DNA of 64,000 bases, taken from positions 21,328,001 through 21,392,000 of the forward strand of contig CM022672.1 of the NCBI GenBank assembly GCA_012295275.1, given 5' to 3'. A program made the translations under genes and the position numbers. Below are positions 60,472-64,000 of this stretch, in pieces (position 1 is the first letter of the stretch; each line of letters opens with the position of its first letter). The notes beneath the pieces were generated by a model, which saw only the letters and a program-made list of their open reading frames with translations, searched no databases and was not told the DNA's origin. Origin of the DNA: Chrysomallon squamiferum (Eukaryota > Animalia > Mollusca).

Positions 60472-63044
60472 ATGAGAAGAAGAAAGAAGCCAGCATCTAC
60501 AGATTCGTGGTTGGAAAAAGTGGCCAACTTCATCAAACAGTATGAGGTACTTTATTCAGTTACTAGTATAAAGAAATTTATCATTATAAGTCAATATTAA
60601 ATTATATTTGATTGTGATTTTATATTAATATTTTTTTCAACACATTTTTGTTATTTTTCTATTTTATTTTGGCTGTCAAGAGTAAAATTATCAGCTTACT
60701 TAATTATATGCATGTAAAAAAGGGATGAAAGCATACATGCTTACACATCTTCCAAAACTTTCAGAATACATCACTTTCAGTGGGCACACATAAAAAAACT
60801 AAATGCTATCAAAAGCTACACATCATAAATCCACACAAAAACATACAGAAATTGATGCGGTAGATAATGAAATTTTATTGAACCTAACTTCATCACATTC
60901 ACAAGTTAATGAACAAAATTTCTGTTAACATATTTTATTTCTGTTACTTTACAGAACTTATCAAATGAAACCATTATCCTTGGTGCAGCAGCTGTGATAC
61001 TTTTTTTTGTCTTCAGTTTTATTATTTGGAGGACTGTTGTAGCTGATCCATGTGATGGCAACAAAATACTCGACAGCCTGGTAATACATACTTTTTATTA
61101 TACTTGTTTATTTATTAAATTAATGTTTTTTGGTTGTTGTTTTTTTTATCTTTCTTTCTTTACCATTTTCAAAATATTTTTATGAATTTTTCTGTCAAGT
61201 CGAATAAATGTAAACATATATTCTGTATAAACAGTATTTATCCAAAACTAATTCAACAGCCTTAAGATTGAAATATTGATAATAAATATACGATATTTTC
61301 CATACAATTAACCAAACTTTTTTGTATGTTCCCATCGACAAAATAATGACTATATAATCTCCGAGTTAAAAAATGGTAGGAATCACATGTGTTACGGAAG
61401 AATTCATTATCTTTATTAAAATAATATATTAAATCATTAAAGTCATGTGTCATCTCGAAGAATGTAACGCTCATTGCTGGAAAATATGTTAAAAAGATAT
61501 TGTTTTATTAAGCAGTGTCAGGAACATATGGATAACTCACATAATATTGGATACACGTGCATTATAAAATTATCTTTTACAGTGTGAGAAATATCTGTCT
61601 GGTAAAATTGCTGGAAAGTTGTGTTACTCTATTTGCCTGGAGCAGAAGAACATATTTTCATATTGTCTGAAAGACGATGGTGACATAAAGGTAAAATAAT
61701 ATAGAATGTTCATTTGTTTATTCCAGTGTTTTGTGTTTTTTAGATTATAAGAATATAAGACACAAGTATTCAAAAATAAAAAGTTGATATGGCAAGCTTG
61801 GAATATTTTTTAATACATATGTCTGTTAATAAGTGACAGTCTCAGTATAATTCAAGCCATAATTCACTTTATTTCATTTCAAACATCAGTTTACAGTTAT
61901 TGATTCAGTTATTCAGTTATTGTTAATTATAATATATAATACTAATATACACCTTTTTTTTATATTTTGCCCACACAAACATAAATTATTACTGTTTTAT
62001 TTTTAGACATTCCTTTACGACAACACTTTGATACGGGTTAACTCCTCCCTCAGTTTCCATGACGACCCTCAGCTGACAGTACAGGAAGGTAAAACATTGG
62101 AAGAGCTGAGAAAGGAAATAAAAATTTATCTTCAGCAAACCATTGGACATTCCAGTATAGATCTTCTTCTCAGGTTGATAGAGTTCTCTGATTTTAATCA
62201 TGATGAAACAGTAAGTACACTGACCTATGTCAGCAAATGATTATTATTTTTTTTTTTTGTGTTATTTAAACATCAACTTTCTTTTTCCATAGGTAATAAT
62301 AACAATTTTTTTTTTAACTTTAATTTCAGGTGAGTTTGGGTGAAGCTCAGTCATTATGGCATCTCATACACATTCCCGAGTTTCTCTACTACTTCATATT
62401 TCAGAAGAGTCTGGTTTTCCCACACCTAAATGGCACTTGTGGGAACATGTATGCATTCCAGTACACACCACATGCAAACCTCTACAACCGAGCTGACCAT
62501 GCCTGGTTCTCAAAACTGTTCACCAACACCTACAGGTGGAACCTTCCCCCCTGGACACTCAGAGCTAAACTTTCAGTCGGTTTGCTTGAATTTGCCATGG
62601 ACATATACGAAGAATTTGACAACCAGTATCTCATGTGCGACATCAGCCCAGATCAGTTTGGTTACACGGACAGCTACGAGCTGGTGGTACACAACGTTGG
62701 TGGTGTTGTGGCTGTTGATAAAGTAAGACAATATCTGAAGAATCTCACATGCAGTTCCGACTCGTACTGCATGTACTCCAAGCAGTGCTTTTCTCAGTGT
62801 GACATTGTTTCCGGTCAGTGTGGTCAGCAGGTGGTTCGTCCAGGGCTGTGGTTTGTCTGTGATATGTTACAGGAGTATATTCTCTTTGACGCCAAGATAT
62901 CTCTACTTTGATCTGAAAAGACTACTCAACAAGTGTGCTGATCTCGATGCCCGACAGAATGATATAGACATGCAACATGCTCTGTTACAAGAAGATCTCA
63001 AATCTGTTCTGTGGAATGAAATTGTGAATAATCCACTTACATGA
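60472..63044 (+). CDS. DIPK1: Divergent protein kinase domain 1 (DIPK1/FAM69 family) protein; join(60472..60546,60955..61080,61583..61690,62007..62210,62330..63044) with an apparent frameshift at ~62891
   Basis: Basic N-terminus followed by a TM segment (type II). Cys motif CEKYLSGKIAGKLCYSIC. EF-hand-like DFNHDET|VSLGEAQSLW. FPHLNGTCG, PPWTLRAKLSVGLLEF, YLMCDISPDQFGY and a Cys-rich C-terminus. All introns are GT-AG, phase 0. About 409 aa if 2 nt are restored at 62891-62893. Confidence 0.9.
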
Positions 63045-63207
63045 TAGGTTACAGATATAGTGGTTAGGGGTACATATAGAATATGTTGAAACTAAGTGGA
63101 TTATTCATAACTACACAGCTACATATACAAATAAACTTATCAGTTTATATTATACAAGTAAAACATCAGCTTATTATAAATTTAATGTTTTCAAATTAAA
63201 AATTATG

Positions 63208-63245
<38 letters not shown>

Positions 63246-63740
63246 GACAACATAAAATTTATAATAATCTGAGGTTTTACTTGTATAATATAAACTGATA
63301 AGTTTATTTGTGTGTGTAGCTGTGAAATTATGAATAATTACTTATGTGATATATCACTGATGTAATTAGGGGATATGGATAAAATTTATAAACAAAATAT
63401 ATAACTAATTTATAAGATAAAAATGATATTAGACACCAAACCTACTTAAATCTAAGGTTTTGTATATATAATAATAATTGTGAAATGGTGAATATGATCA
63501 ATATCCATTTATATGATACATCATTGATATAATTATATTAGGCAAAATGGATAGAATATGCAAACCATTTATATATAATTTATCTGAATCTGAGGTAACT
63601 GTTTAAATAATCCACTTACATGATATACCATTGATATAATTGTGTTAAAGGATGTAGATAGACATAATATTATTTGTGAAGTTGACAGTATAGTTTTAAA
63701 ATAATGAGGTATGTCAGACACCATATTTACTAGAATCAAG
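63015..63740 (+). repeat. Degenerate repeat array sharing sequence with the DIPK1 CDS end
   Basis: AATAATCCACTTACATGATA is exact at 63027-63046 and 63606-63625. Decayed copies lie near 63325-63385 and 63500-63560. Confidence 0.7.
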
Positions 63741-64000
63741 ATAAAAAACAATACTTTGTGGTTATGTTTTAAATCATAAAAATTCATATTCATAGTTTTT
63801 TTGTATTTTAGAAAATTTATTGGTTATTATTCTCACCAACTGTGACCAAGGATCAATACTGAATTCATTTATTTACTTTTTATATAAATAGGAGATTAAA
63901 TTGAATATCACTGCACAAGTTAGCAGCATATTTTACGTGATATTTTCATGATAAGATTATGATATATTAGTAAAGAAAACAAAGAATGATAAAAGTTACA

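Noticed and set aside
63042-63047. DIPK1 TGA as a Sec codon, given the hairpin and the neighbouring selenoprotein gene
   Set aside because: It is followed immediately by TAG, and the hairpin lacks SECIS geometry.

Overview
AT-rich, microsatellite-dense animal genomic DNA with spliceosomal GT-AG introns; it looks invertebrate and mollusc-like, which is an inference. I assembled five intron-containing genes by hand from splice sites and reading phase. (1) First coding exon of an Emx/empty-spiracles homeobox gene (- strand, continuing off the left edge), followed by ~22 kb of gene-free upstream DNA with several GC-richer, TAAT-rich islands. (2) FOXRED1 (+, 10 coding exons). (3) An unrecognised ~819-aa protein gene (-, 5 phase-compatible exons including a 30-nt microexon, 33.7-51.3 kb). 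(4) Selenoprotein F (-, 4 coding exons, in-frame TGA in the CGU motif, plus a 3'UTR SECIS). (5) A DIPK1/FAM69-family kinase-like gene (+, 5 coding exons), head-to-head with SELENOF. A decayed Mutator-like transposase lies between SELENOF and DIPK1, and a hAT-type MITE with an 8-bp TSD lies at 52.7 kb. FOXRED1 and DIPK1 each carry one apparent frameshift at a C-run, probably an assembly indel. I found no CRISPR, rRNA, tRNA or prokaryote-type system. The best novelty candidates are the orphan gene, a hairpin and repeat array built around the DIPK1 stop codon, a GC-rich intronic hairpin, and a duplicated CRE module.
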